From Catajapyx aquilonaris (lineage: Eukaryota), in NCBI GenBank assembly GCA_000934665.2, contig JYFJ02000606.1, forward strand, positions 62,001 to 119,763: a stretch of 57,763 nucleotides of DNA, read 5' to 3'. The position numbers were made by a program, and so were the translations under genes. Of the stretch, positions 26,901-41,300 are shown one piece after another (position 1 is the first letter of the stretch; each line of letters starts with the position of its first letter). Below the pieces are notes generated by a model. The model saw only the letters and a program-made list of their open reading frames with translations, was not told where the DNA came from and did no database searches.

Positions 26901-29900
26901 AGGCCTCCCGATCTGACCAAATCAAAGCGAAGTTGTTGTGGCATATACGCAGGCAATTACCAGGTTGTAAAAGAAGAGCAGTAAAAGGTTACGGCTCTTC
27001 TCAAAAGCTTGCGAAACACTGTAAGGTAAAGGAACCTCCCTGTTTCTTATTGAAGGAACAGTGGGGGACTGGCAGAGAAGCCTTTCCATTCAAGTGATTG
27101 CGTGATTTATTCATGTGTGGTGCGTCGATTGTCATTGAAATGAGGGATATATATACTTGTACAATACTTCATAGCTTCCAGGGCAGTGCATAAAAATGAG
27201 GGACATATCCATTCAGGGCTAGATATTGAAGAAGAAAATGAGAGGCGGAGTGTGTATAGCCCTTCGTCGTCGCCATGGACTCAATTAGGCCTGCACTCGG
27301 GGCTACCCACGGATAACTTTTCCCTTTGGTGTCGGTTGTTGATAGGCAAAAAGGGAGTGGAGAGAGAGTCCTATCGATCTAGAGGACGGCTTTTCTACCG
27401 CTTCGGGTCAGAAATTTTCCACCCAGAAGTAAACCCGGCGCACATACAAAAAAAATCAGACTTGGCGGAAAGGAATGTCTGACACACACACACACCTGCA
27501 TTAATCCACGCTCCAAATATGAAAGGCGATGCTGTACACACAAAATATGTGCAATACAGTTCTTCAAGAGGATGTGACCAGCACTACTTATTGCCATGTG
27601 TGCAGGTTGCCTACTTTTTAAGGGGCCAACTGGTGCAAATGAAAGGTCTTTTTCGAGTGTTCTTGCTGGACTGGGTCTGTCTCTTCTCCAGTGGCCTGGA
27701 TGGCTTGATGCCAAGCTGGATCTTTCCGGAGGAGGATTTGGCTGGCTGGCAAGCAAGCAAAAGGGGCTGGAGAAAACCTAGGAACGGCGGAACGAAGGAC
27801 GAAACGAAAGGATGAAAACGACGGAGCGTGGAGGATGGAGGAGAGAGTGTTGGAATCTCACGCTGGGTGATAAATCTTGGTTTTGTGTGCAGACTTTCCA
27901 TTGCTTTTTTCTGTTTCAGGGGAAAGGGATGTGGAGACGGGGGGATATAGCAACAGAAATGACTGTTGGAAGGGAGAGATTCTGTAAAAAAAAAAGGAGC
28001 CTACTCTGTGTCACTCGTGCGGTGCGAATATCCAACTAAAGGCACAAAGGAGGATTAATGTCAATTCGGTGGATTTGGCATGTCACGCCCGTATAGATTA
28101 AGAACCTGGAAGCTTATATGCTGCCAGGGTTTACTGTAAAACCATCAGGAGTATCAAGCTTTTTTTGCAACCAGTTTTGCTGAGCGATTGCTGGAGCCTT
28201 GAACTTGGTCCGATTAATCGGAACGAACTTTTCGATAAGATTCATCATTCCGCGGCGATGCTTGTTGGTATCACTAGCAGTCAGTATCAGACGCTAAAAT
28301 GTGCTTTGTATGGTCTGAAATGAAACATACCGATGTTACTTGATACGCGTGAGGTACGTTGCATGCAGTTTAATGAGCCCTGGATTATCTGGCAGTTACC
28401 AGATTGTCTCATCAGTTAACATGATCCGTTCGGGACGGCCTTTTCAAAAAATTGTTGTAGCAAGTATAGTTGTTACATACTGCTACTTTTTGTGAGCAAT
28501 ATCTGCTGAAACGCTTGTTCTATGTGCTCTCCAGAGTGAAACGCATGCCTTCGGAGCTCATTAAGGGCGGTGTACCTTTCACTTTGTCAGGGGCAACTAG
28601 GCTGGAATACAGATTACTGCGTAGTAACCCCGCACAAAAAAGAAAACCGCGCGGTAATTATCCATTGCGCAAGTGATAAAAAAAGAGCGTGTGGTGGACG
28701 CATTCAGTACATGTGCCAGACATTCATCACACTTGTCACCCGAATGAATCGCATTCCGGGGGTCTCCGGGTTGAAGCACGTGCCTTTAGTGTATGTGCAG
28801 TACATGAAAATGCCCGCAATGCAGTGCCGTTTGCTTGAAAGCACCCGGCTCTCTCTCTCGTCTCTGTATGTCCATGGTGTATGACGATAAGCAGAGCCAT
28901 AAATTAATGGGAGCCGTTTATCAGAAATCATCGCCGTCGTAATGAAGCTGACCAGCCCTGCGGTCCCAAAAAAAAACTCCGGAAAATGCGGCTTTCCAAT
29001 GGCTGCCAGGCTTGGCGTCGGCCACAATCTGCAACCAACGCTTAATCCTAAATGGGACCCAACCTACGTTGCGAGAGACACACATGCAAATTCTTTGAAT
29101 ATTCAACAAGTGCAACAAGTGCTCATATTATTATTACAAATTTCGCACATTTCCGTGATGATCTTCCTGTTTATAGCCATCCGTTACTTCTGGGAGTGAC
29201 AGACTTGCAATATTTCCAGCAGGTATTCACCTACTACAGTAGCAGGAGTGAAATTACCACTAATCGAATATTGTCTGGAAACAATGGGCACAAAATACAG
29301 AGGCGTAACTGTAAACAAAAGCTTCATTATACACCTTTGCTATACATAACGGGTCCCATCCCATATTTTTTTACAGTATAAAATAACATATGTACAATTT
29401 TCCACCAACACAACGGCATTACGTTCAAGGCAAACGCCTGCAAACTTGTGTGTTCTGGAAACCTCGAAAAAACTGGCCAATTTTCAAAAAACTCAAAGTC
29501 TCCTTGGTTATACATATAGTCATCGTGTCACCATTTCTTTTTTCCCTCAAATTTATTGAAGTATAAAACACTTCGGTTTGTATTGTACACAAGAATACTG
29601 TGTTTTGTGTCTGTGTGTGTGTAACACATACTGGTCGCATTTATTTTCTTTCAAAAAACAGAAAATTGGTAAAATTGAAACGCGGTAATTCTAGAACGTA
29701 ACACCTCTTCGATCGCCATAGACACTCGGCGTCGCATTTTTCAAATATATTTTTTTGACGGATGGAGGTTGGATTCCGTTACTTGTGCATTTTTTTTTGT
29801 CTCTTGTCACCTAAAGGCGTCTCACTGATAAAGATGCCCCCGCCTTCTTTCCTGTTGATATTACACATTTGCTAGGATGAAATGTCAAACGTATGTAGGA

Positions 29901-32223
29901 TTATGTTTTTGCTCCGTGGCTCTCAAAACAATTATTGTTCACAGAATTGTTTCTGCAATTAGTGCACTGACTTTTTATGTCCGGAACAGATCGGGTTTTA
30001 GGTCATAGGTCGTAACCCAGTGGAAAACAAAAAAATTTGCTGGTGTCACTGAGAGCTTGAAGAACAGCACTCTCCAGAAGTCGACGCTGAGAACAGGCCG
30101 CATCTGAAAATCAATTACAAAAATTACATATAAGCAGATTATTTTTAATTATTTTAAAGTGAAAACATGTCATGCTGTCGTGACTTGAATTGGAAATTCA
30201 TAATTCATATAACATATAGACTACTATGTTTTTGCACGAACTTAGCTGAGATTGGTCATAATATTGTTAGGGTCAAAGCTTCACGCAAAAATGCCAAATA
30301 AAGCTAGGAAAAACTTATATTATTAGCAACATCCTCTGGTTTAAAAAATGTAGAATTACACCAGAAACTTATCCTGCACTTTTTGGCAACAAAAAAAGAG
30401 GATTTCAAGTTTCACTCTTAACTTTCCAATCCGGTTAAAAAAAAGTTGACCCGACAGCCCCTGCAACCGGTCTATACAATGAAACAATCTCATTATTTTT
30501 AAGCAGGTACAGATCAGGACTATTAGCGTGATTCATTGGTTTTGTGATGCCAGCGGGCAACTTTCTTTCTCCGTTTCTTTAATTCGTTCCGTCCTGTTAG
30601 ACTTTGCGGCAGAGAGCTGTATATCTCCGTCTAAAGTCCTCTGCAGGAATTACTCAAAGGTAAGGCTCCTTACATGGCAGCCCCCGATGGATATAAAGGC
30701 TATAAACTACATCACGTATGCATTATGACAGATCATCTCGCGTGTCTGAGAGCCAGAAACTGGGCTACAAATCATCCCTGTCAGATTTTCCTATCCATTT
30801 TTTGTCCTTATACTTTCTAGGGGGAGGGGGAGAAAGAAGGCATGAGAAGGTATATGCAAGTATGTCGCGATAATTTATTAGTGTCAGTTTCAGGAGTCGA
30901 GTGAGGGTCAACTGCTTTTGAAAAATGTCCTCCAGCACGACTGGAGGGCAAAAGCTGCTGCAGCTACTCAAGTCTGGAGAAGTGTAAAAAGTAGAAAAAA
31001 AATTTATATATATATATTCTGGAGAGAAGAGGGCAGGAAGGAAAAATCTTTTTCTTCCTCCATTCTCATCCGTAGCACCTTACTAATGATGAATGGTGAC
31101 GTCTCATGTGTCTAGATGCGCAATTTGCCAGGGAAGGAAAGAAGAATTGTACAGCCTGTTTCTATATTTTTTTATCTTATGCAGAAGTTTTTGGGCTTTA
31201 GCTTTGCACTGCTAACATACAGACAGTTCAATAAGAACATGCTGTATACACCCGACATTTAATGTCTGAACCAAGCAGTATTACAACCCCACTAGTGTAC
31301 TCGAACCAAAGAGCCCGTGGGAGAAATAAATTTACCGGCCATTTAATTCTTGCTAATTCTAGCCCTTATCATTTATGCTGTAGTCATTTATGGGATCCTC
31401 TCTCTCTCCCCCCCCCCTCCTATTCTCCTTAGGGAATGCCCTCGTTCCTGCTAATTACACGCGGAAAAGCCTAAAAGCCTTGCAGTGGATTCGAAGGAGT
31501 TAGGAGAGGGTAAGGAATGAAGACACTACACTGGTTGCGATGTGAAGCAATGCGGGTTGGAATTCGGTGCTCGAAAAGCTCGAAGAGAGAGAGAAAAATA
31601 GTGAGGGATAGGGAGAAAAAACGAGGAGAAGAAGAGGAGTCAATTTTAAGAGGCTCAGAAAAGCTCTTATTTGCTAACTGCCAGTCAAGCATCCTCCCAA
31701 CATGGAGTCAGAGATTACTGACACAGCTCTATCAACTTTGGGGAAACTCTTGACTTGAAAGTATAATGCCTAGTTTGCTGGGACCTGGTATTATTTGAGG
31801 GTATTAAAAAAGGTTGGGGGTTGAATGAAGATTCTTACCTTCAGGCTGGCTTGGAAAACGAATATCGAGTTGGGAGAAGGATCTAGACACTCGCGTTTTT
31901 TTTAGGAGGCAGGTAAAAGGGGATCGATTTCCTCTCTTTTTTTCGGTTCTAATTGAGGTTCTGGAAGCTGCTCCTCATTCTGGCCATCTACGCAATGCAA
32001 ACATTTTTTATAGGTATTATGTGAGAGGAAGACCAACTCTGCATAAAAGTCACTTTTTTTCAATGGCTGGGTTTTGTTGGTTAACCTTACTGCAAAGAAT
32101 GAGGTCCCTTTTTTTTCAAAATGGAAGAGAGAGAAATTGGGGATTTTTTGGGGGGAGTAAGGAGAGAGAGAGGAGTCAGGCACTCTTTTGCGCGACGATG
32201 GTGATATGTTGGTGGACTGGTCA

Positions 32224-32327
32224 TCATCTCACGGTGGTGGCGAAGATTGAGCAAAGGAGGAGGAGGACCATTCGCAGGCAGGTCAGGTGTGGTGCACCGC
32301 CATGCTGGAGGCCCGCTGGGTGTTCTC
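32224..32327 (-). CDS. dpr20: Dpr gene terminal coding exon E (GEHPA linker and hydrophobic GPI-signal-like tail, stop)
   Basis: Not in the ORF track. Acceptor atcctttccAG|GA (phase 1) gives GEHPAGLQHGGAPHLTCLRMVLLLLCSIFATTVR followed by tandem TGA TGA. GExPA directly after VHVLN is the standard Dpr junction. Confidence 0.92.
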
Positions 32328-35300
32328 CTGGAAAGGATCCAGAGTGAAAACTAAAGTCCGGGAAACTTTACTGGACAAGTTAGATCTATAGTGCAGCAGA
32401 ATTATTGGCCAGAACTTGCAAAACCTAGCCCACATTATAAACCTTACTCAACTGACAGTACTTTTTACAATGTCAGAAGAGCATGCTTTATGAAATGTTG
32501 ACCGATGCAACATCTGGCTGTAAGTTATACCCTTCAGCAAGTGGTGGCTGAAAATTGGCTGAAATTTCAGGACAAATCAGGCCTCTTTGTCCGGCAGAGT
32601 CATCAGCGGTCTGGCTTGACATGTTCCGCGATAAGCAGGGTTGACGCCTCGATTTTTACCATACCTGTCGTGCCCCCGTGGTGGTAAAGTGGACTGACAT
32701 CACAAAATGGGTACAAATACTCGGCACGTTCGGTTGTGGCAGAGGAGAGAATACATCAGCATGTTCAACCGGATTTGTTGGGTGACCACTGGCTCGCTTG
32801 CTGGTGACAACAGACGTTTTCAATGAACGACATGGAAATTTTTACTTGGCAGCGTTGGCTGACGTCGAACCCCGCGCTTTTTGTCTCTCTTTTTTTCAGT
32901 CAGATGCCCGAATAACATCCCATTAGCAAGCGCCCGATAGCGTCGAAAAGTTGGGCCAATTAAAAATATATAGTGTAGCCCCCCTGTTCATGTATGGTTA
33001 TCAGGCAAGAAATTCTTGTTATCGGATGGAAAGTCTCAGATCATTATTCCCCGGGATGCAGGTTATTGATTCTTGCTGCGCACAATACGTACGTGTGTGT
33101 GTGCAGCAGGTCCTGGCAGTAGGCCTACGGTGCAATTCAATAACGAGGCTCAGTGTGTGCATACAGTACATGAGCTCCAAATGTTAGGTGGGCGGCAGTG
33201 CAAAGCGCACATAACCTAATGAAAGCGCTCTGTCATTCCAGAAAGTGAGATATTTTTATAAAGCTGTGTCCCACTATTGGGCAGGACGCACATTAAAAAT
33301 TTCTCCCTTTCACGCCGAATGATTTTTGATTGACAATAAAATAATTCGTGCCCATTTCAGTGGTTAATTAGGTATTAATTCGGATTAGCGCACACCGTTT
33401 TTTGGTTGACCTACATTTGTCACTGTTGTTGTGAAAGAATTAAATCCCGATTGTTTTGTACGCCAAATTGCATCAGTTCCCATTTAAAAGAATTAGCGGC
33501 CTCTCATTAGTCCCTCGAAACTGATCAACCTTGATGTGCATTTAAGACGGGGAATCCGCATGAATTAGAAATAAACGATGCCGCTAAGCCCGGTCCCAGG
33601 GGCGCCAGAGTTGTCTCTCTTAACGCAGGCTGCAAGTGCATCATAAATCTCTCCGCTCAGGAGCCCCGTTTAGAAATGTTTTATAAATGCTTGTCTCACG
33701 TGGCACCGCCAGGCCCTGCCCCCAATTCAATCCCAAGCAGGGGCCAATCCTCAAATGGCAATCATTATGCACGTTTGGGCGAGTACATCTCCATAATGGC
33801 CCCCTGCCTTATCTGTATAACGTTTCCCAGGTCTGTACTTTGGCCCCGCGCGAGTCGAAGTAAGGTGCCGCACTTTACTTTCCTTTTGCCTGGTTTATAT
33901 AAAGTACTGGCAGAGTAAATAACTAATCTGGAATTGCGACGGTGCGGTTTGGACCTCGCCTTCTTTTTGCGTATGTTCGTCCACACGCAGGGTAATCTGG
34001 TCCCCGCAATATTTGCCTACTTTTGCTGATTGGCTCCGAGGTTCGCAGACCTTTTCGCACGCTCCTTTGAGCATTGCGTTCCCATTTCATGGGCCTACTG
34101 GCCAAGTAAATATGGGTTTTTTTTGGAGGGTACGGTACATACCCTATAAAATTTGGCGGCGGTATTACAGTTATCTACTACTCGACAGGAGGGAAAGTAG
34201 GTTGCTTTGGTCTTGTCAACACAGATTGGATAAACAGTGTGTAGTAAAAACCATATATCTTGCAGCAGTTATTTTGACTGGTAATTTCACTTGTTTGGTG
34301 TTATTTTGTTCGCGGTGACTTTGCTCGGCCGCTGTTATTTTTATTGTTAGCGTTTATTATGCGGTCGTTGTTAATTTTCTTTGCTGAAGGAGTTATTATG
34401 ATATTGGAGATACAGAGCAGAATCCATGATTTTTATATTCATTTTTGTGGTACCATTTTATATTTTACTATTACGTTAACTGCTACTCGATCTACAATAT
34501 AATAATTTTTCAATATTTATGTATTTTATTTAAATACTTCTTCAATATGATTTTTGTTTTTTATTTTGTTATTTGCATTCATTTATCATTTTTCTACAGT
34601 ACATTACTAATTATTGTTTTTGTGTCCATACGTTAGGTTTCTTCGGTTTGTGTGGCATCCACGAACTTTTTGGTAACAATTGCGGCTACTTCAAGATGTT
34701 GCCATATTTTAATGGGGAACAAGTGGCACGACAAGTACAGTGGCATTCAAATATTGACACGCTCCATCCCCCTTCAAGTTTTTTTCTCTCTTTTTTTCAT
34801 TTTTAGCTAGCCGAGAGTGGCATCGCTGTACATTAACAAGCATGTGAAGCGGAACGGTGGAAATAAAGTATTATCTTGCGTGGTGCCATTTGCAGACCCT
34901 CTTTATGCATGAGAGGGAATCGATACGTCATGGGCAGAGCGTGCGAAGTTAGAAGGGAGGCTGGCTGGTGGAGAGAGAGAGAGGATGGAGAGAGATATGT
35001 GCGGTTTTGTCGGGGGTTGCCCAAGAAGGACGATCAGCATCATGTATCCAATTTTTTATACCGATCTGATAGTGATCCCACCCTGATACGTGCAAGTGAC
35101 GTTTTTTTCCAGCCAGAATTAGCGCTGTGTAAACTCATCAAACTCAGGTGTCCAAGGCAGATTAATATGCTACCATTTGATCGAAATTTTGTAAAGAAAT
35201 AAACTCGAACATCTCACAAAATTAAGAACTGAATACAGGTACTCTCTGTCGTATTTGGAATATCGGATTGAAATTTACTTGGTTTACTTGGTTAGGCAGA

Positions 35301-38300
35301 TTTTTTTGCTTGGATTTTGACAGCTCTAGGAACCCATATTGTGCCCAATTTTTATGCAGACATGGACGAGTGCCAGCAAAAAAGGATCACTCCGCTCCAA
35401 AATCCAGCGAATTTTAGCACATGCACCGCTAGTGCTGCCCTTTTAAAAAAATGTCCCGGATACGTTACTCCTGGACAAAAAAAAATATTCGGGAACGTTG
35501 CGATGCGGCGGTTTCTGGTTCAAGTACGTCGAAACCTGCTCAAACCCAAAGAAAGGATCCGGGGCATGGAACCAGAGCAACACACACACATAGTTCACGT
35601 GATACTTGCACGGAGTAGTGCACACACACTGCAGTGTAGCAAAAGCCCTGATGATGAGAGAGGAGCAGCAAGGGATAGAGTTTTCCGCGGATGGAAACTA
35701 CCACAGCATTACGCAGAGTGCATCTGGTTGAGTTTCATTAGGCGTCAGCTGCACCCTCACTGAAAAAGTGGTCTGTCTTTTCCTGGTTTTATGATCATCC
35801 TAGATGCGATTTTAAAATTGTGCTGCGTACATTGGCAGCGGCCATCTTGTGCATTCATTGTCACTATAGTCACATTTATCCTCATTATCAGCTAGGCGGG
35901 TAGCGTATTTTACGGAGAAAAATCCTCCACAACAATTTCAATAATTTTTTACCATTGAATTTTCGTTTAACTCTAAAATTTGATTGCATTTCATTCGTGT
36001 TGATTTATTTAAATAAATTTAAATTTATGATCATATTACAGTATTTCCGTCACTAACATTCCGAGCATACTTGGAATCAGTGATTGTAATAATTATTTTA
36101 GAGCCAGCTTTTGCCTGAGTTTCCATCCAGTTCCCTTCAAGTAGTTCACCTATTGGCTGGGTATCGACTCATCGACCAAAGACAAAAACCAAAACGACTG
36201 CCGTGCGGACCAGCCTTAAGTCGATTACTGCCGATGTACTTTGCGAGGGTCAAAATTGTGCGGGGCAAAGAAGATTTTCGGGTAATGACGGAGTCGTAAT
36301 GCCATGTCATTGAGATTATTCGATCTGTGCCAAATTAAAAGAGGATTAAAACAGACCATTTCTAATTAAACCAAAGCTGCTTACCGGCGTCCCGGAACCA
36401 GGCAGTGAGAGAGAAACGGGACGTGCAAAAACCGGTTGAAAAGATACCGAAATCGAAATGACATTTTTTGAATTCCAAATAGGCTGACCGTGCTGAATCT
36501 GATATGCTCCTAGCTCCAGTCCAGAAAAAAAAAAAAAATTTCGCTTTTTTTTAAGCGAATGCATTCAGGTGATGGTTAACATTCGGGGCGCGGTTTAATG
36601 ATGCCGACCGCCCTTTAAGTAGAAGGCCCGCAGAATTGTTCGACGAACAACATTTAGGCCGCCGAAATTTTCTCCGTCAATGCTGACCAATGTTAACCAA
36701 GTCCGGCGTTCAAAATGGACGCTTTTATTCGACCAGGCTTATGGAGCCAGCGGGTGGGGAGGTATTCGGGACAGAAACGTGATGTCCTGCCAATGGGTCG
36801 AATCGAACCTGCAATGGTTTCCAGAGCTGTTGTGTAAATCCTATTATATGATGAAACTTCGCTCTTGGCAAATGTGTCGCCCACCAGAGCTCCATCCTCT
36901 TTTTTTTGTTTGTTTCCAGAGCGAGAAATTTTTCGGCTTCCGGGTTTTAATGTGATTGCTGGGCCCTGGAAAAATAGTCTGCCCCACGCGTTCAGCGTGG
37001 AAAACAAACCAGGCCAAAATAACGTTGTGTCTCGAATAAACCTGAACCATTGGCATTTCTGCTCATTTTATAAACCACATCATGCGCATTCTTGCTGATT
37101 GAATTTTAACCTGGAAACAAACCAGGCAACCAACGAAACAATGGGTATGAAATGACAATAGTTTTTGAATAGTTTTTTTTTTTGTGGGAGCTTACCATTG
37201 AGGACGTGCACCGTAACGACTGCCACGTCCTTTGGGGAGATGGAACAAGTGTAGTTTCCGCTGTCGGCCTTCTGGACTCGAGCCACCAGAAGCTTGCTGA
37301 CAGCCCCGTCTTCCTTCAGGTCCGTCTTTACGCTGCAAGGAACAACGACCCACTTTCATATCGGCTGTTCCAGGCCTGCCCCAAACACTACTTTCCAATT
37401 TCCAAAAAAAACTATGCCATAACCTGCAATATTATACGAAAATATAAAATGCTACGTATGACAGGCTGTATCCGCAATGTAGTATTTGATTAAAGCTAAT
37501 TAATGCACCATGCTAAGACATCTACATAAATGTGTTGCTTTTCACCAGAAGTCGTTTGTCATAATCATTACGGAACACCCTGTAAGACTCTCCGGACAAT
37601 GGCGGCGTGTCTGCCTCGGATATGACTTCAGAGAGAGGGGGTATAGGGGTTACAGGGCCCCTTGGCTGGACGGGGCCTGCACCGAATTTTCAATGCCTCG
37701 ATCCTCTCGAGTTTAGGAAAAAGTCCACAAATCATTGGGTGTGGGTGGGAAGGAGGAAAAGGACTAGAGGGTCCCAAGCACGTCCGTGGTTCACCTTTCG
37801 CCGTCCGGACTTGAAATACTACTCTGGGGTGGGTGAGGAGCCTCAGGTTGGGATCTACATAGTAATAGCTATGGGCTGTATTTATGCCGCTTTTGGGCTG
37901 GGGTTTGATCCATGGGCATAGAAGCGAGCAGGAAAAAAAAAGTGAGAACGAAATAAATCGGTGTGACAAAATACATGCCGGGTTTGATCCTGGTGGGAAA
38001 TTCCGCATCGGCAGGCGGCACATTACGTGATTCAATTAGGTAATTATCAAATGTTATGATCTAGAAAAAAAGAGTACAACAAATATTGTTCTCCTATCCA
38101 ACTCTGCTAATTGCTTCCAGTTACCTTGATTGAGGCGCGAAAAATACACGACTCTCTGTGCTCTGAAAATGATATAAGTTGCGGGCAATGAGCATTGATG
38201 TTGGGCGCTCGGTTTCGCGTTAGTGGCACAACAGCGCATATGATCTGTCATTTGGAAAACTGGGACGAGTATGCATATCCCACGCATGACGGCACTTTAA

Positions 38301-41300
38301 CGGATTCCAATTTATTGGTTAAATTAGGACCTATTGCAGCGGATGTGAATGTGCGTCATTAATAGTTACAAAAAAAAAGAGAGTAGAAAATCTGGACAAA
38401 TTCGAATAGGCAGCGGAGCTTAAAACGGGTTTTATGACCGCTGCAAGTTTTTTTTTTGCAGCTCAGTGGCATTTTGGCAAGCGTGCGAAAATCAATCCGC
38501 GAGGTTACTGGTTTTCACAGATTAACACCAATGGCCGGCAACAGTATTTGACAGCACTTATGAAGATTCATTAGTCTTCTCTTGAATTGAATAGGATATT
38601 ATGTAAATAGACCCTGCGAATGGTTTTGCTCGTTCCCCACCCGATATCCTTTTAATATTATCAGCAGGTGGCATTCGGGAGCGCAAATTTTGTGCGTGAT
38701 AAACATTAATTTGGCTTACATCAATTATTTAAACCGGCGGTTAATGGCGGATTAATTACACTATTCAAGTAGCATTAGCGCCCGCCCCTAGCCCCGCATT
38801 TAAATCTCTAGGGCGCTTTTACCTTACCGGCTTTAAAATTGACAGCAGCTCGTAATTATTATATTCGCAGTTTATATGTCCGTTTGATGGGGTTGGCTAT
38901 CATTGTCATCCATCACTCTATTTTTTTTCCTGTGCAAAGCTTCTACCCAGCAGAGTTTGCTCCTTTAGCAGAGAATGGCAAATGACGATTTCATAGCTCC
39001 GGCACCAAATGGGCTAATGATTAATGCTCCTCTGATTTCTGAGAATCCTTCGCAGCCAGCAGCATAGGCCTTCCAAGGGGGGGAGGGTTTCCTTTTCTTC
39101 TTTTTCGGACGCCACTAGTTCTCGCAGGTGATGAATGGATTTTGCAAATGGGTGCTGGTGCATTTGCCAGCAAAGGTCTTTGACGTTTCCGTTCAAACAT
39201 CGATATGCTTTTAAAGGCCAGGAAACTTGCGGTACGCTGTATGCTTTTGTTGCGGAACCACGTCCTGCTGCACGGTGCTGCGCTTGAATCGAAAAAAAAG
39301 AGAGATAAACGTAGGGGAGGAAAAAAAGGGGAGGCTTGGTTCCATCCATTACAAAAATTGTCTTGCCCTTTTTTTGGCGGCTTCATGACACGCTGTCATT
39401 GATCGGCGGGCTTGCACTTTTTTTGCATACGGTTGGTCAACCGAGGTTGGTTAGCCATGTTATCAAATCTAAGCTCGTCGTTACGGACGCAAAAAAAACT
39501 CAAAAAATGGCACACGGCATGTGTGTTTCATAAAGGGTGGTCAAATAAATGTACGGAATTTTTTTGCAAAGAAGCAATTTGCAGAATTTGTTAAGTCGAC
39601 ACGTTTCACATGATGTAGTTTGCCTGCTGTCAGTTTTACGAATATTTTTTTGCGTCATGGAAGGAAGTACTGTCAAGGTTTGCATTTTACGTAGAGTACA
39701 TTAAAATGTACATTGAAGGCACTGATTTTTTCAAGAAATAATAGGATATGGACGGGGAATACCACCTAAAGCCTAATATTTGGCCCGCTCAAATTCGCGA
39801 ATATTTCTCTCCATCAGATACCCCTCTATTTCTCAGCAAAGTTGTCACACTACAGGACGAAAGCTATCGATCAAGGACAGCGTAATTCTCCCTTGGGATC
39901 TGGCCTGCGACGCAAATCTTTTCCAAAAAAAAAAATAATAAGAAGGGGAAAGGCGACAGACTATCTTTGGGCTTTTTGGAAATAATTTAAAACGCATTAG
40001 ACGGAGCCCAGCAGACTTCCGCAGTTTACGAAACTTCCTTTCTCCTGGTGATTAACGAACTGGAGTAAAACTATTTGGTGCTAAATATGATCCCGCAGAC
40101 GTGCCTGTGGGAATGTAAGAGAATGACAATGACAAGGTTTTCCCCCCCTCCCTATCCCCACACCCCCTTTGCCCCCCCTCATCATCAAGTTCATTAACCC
40201 GCAGAAGCCCCTATCGCATGCAGGAAATGTCTCGGTTCCTTTTCCAAGCATCCAAAATCGCCCGCTTCTTCTACATTAAAGTGAACGTTAAAGGCGACGT
40301 AACAGGTCTGGGTCGGGTGAGGGTTATTCCCCGGTAATTAAACGGTAGAATTACATAACGTAAGGCTCCGGGGGGCGAAAGTCTCTGGTAAAGACTCCGA
40401 AGCACAGAGATATCACTCCGAAGTTTCCATCTCGAGATGTTATGAAGTGACGCGGATATAACGACGCTTTCAGTCACGAGCATGATTAATGAGCGTAATA
40501 AAACTCTAGTATTGCTCTGCCTTCGTATTCTTGGATAGGAAGGGACCAGGAAATATTCGGATGTAATATTTTTATGTCGCTCGAGCAGGGTGGCTGGAGG
40601 GGAGGGAAAGACTTAGAAGAAGAAGGGAAAAAAATCGGCAGAGGAGCAGGGTTTCTAACCTTTGTCAGTGTCACAAGGGATTGGGAGCAGTGTCTCACCC
40701 CAGATGGAAAAATGTCAGGTCCCTACTCTTCCAAAATTGACCCTTGCATTCCAAAATGCGCAAATTGCAACCTACATTTCAAACAATTTGCCAGCTGGAG
40801 AGATGAGGGTAAGAGCTGCTTTTTTGGACCTGGCTTTCATAAGTCTTGGCAGGCAGTAAGGTCATAATAATAATTGCCAGCTTCTCTAAATGTAATTTCA
40901 TGTAGAGACAAACTTTTTGCAATATTAGCAGCTGTACAGTACCTTTTTGAATATTATTGCGAAAAATGTCCAATTATTATTATTGTGTATGGTTGTGTAA
41001 AAATTTACCGGTCATTATAAACTTTCTCTTGTTCTGCCAGTTAATTAGTACAGTACTACAGTATGATTGTACTGTACGCGTAAGGCACTTCTCGTAATAT
41101 GTAATATGTGCAAGCGTTGTGTCGCTCTACAATTTATCACACAGTATATTGGAGCATAATATACTGCAGAGTTATTGCCTGAAGATAATTGCATAAGACG
41201 TATTTTGTTCCAAAGCAGATTATTTTTATACGTCCTTCTTCTGTATATGTTTAGTTTCTACGGACAGAATGTTTGATTTAATATTTAAATCAAAATGCAG

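Noticed and set aside
34320..34640. Hydrophobic ORF 34445-34636 suggesting a membrane protein
   Set aside because: It is a product of T-rich low-complexity intronic DNA.
38459..38520. GCAGCTCAGTGG A-box-like SINE head
   Set aside because: There is no proper B box (GGTTTTCAC) and no tail.
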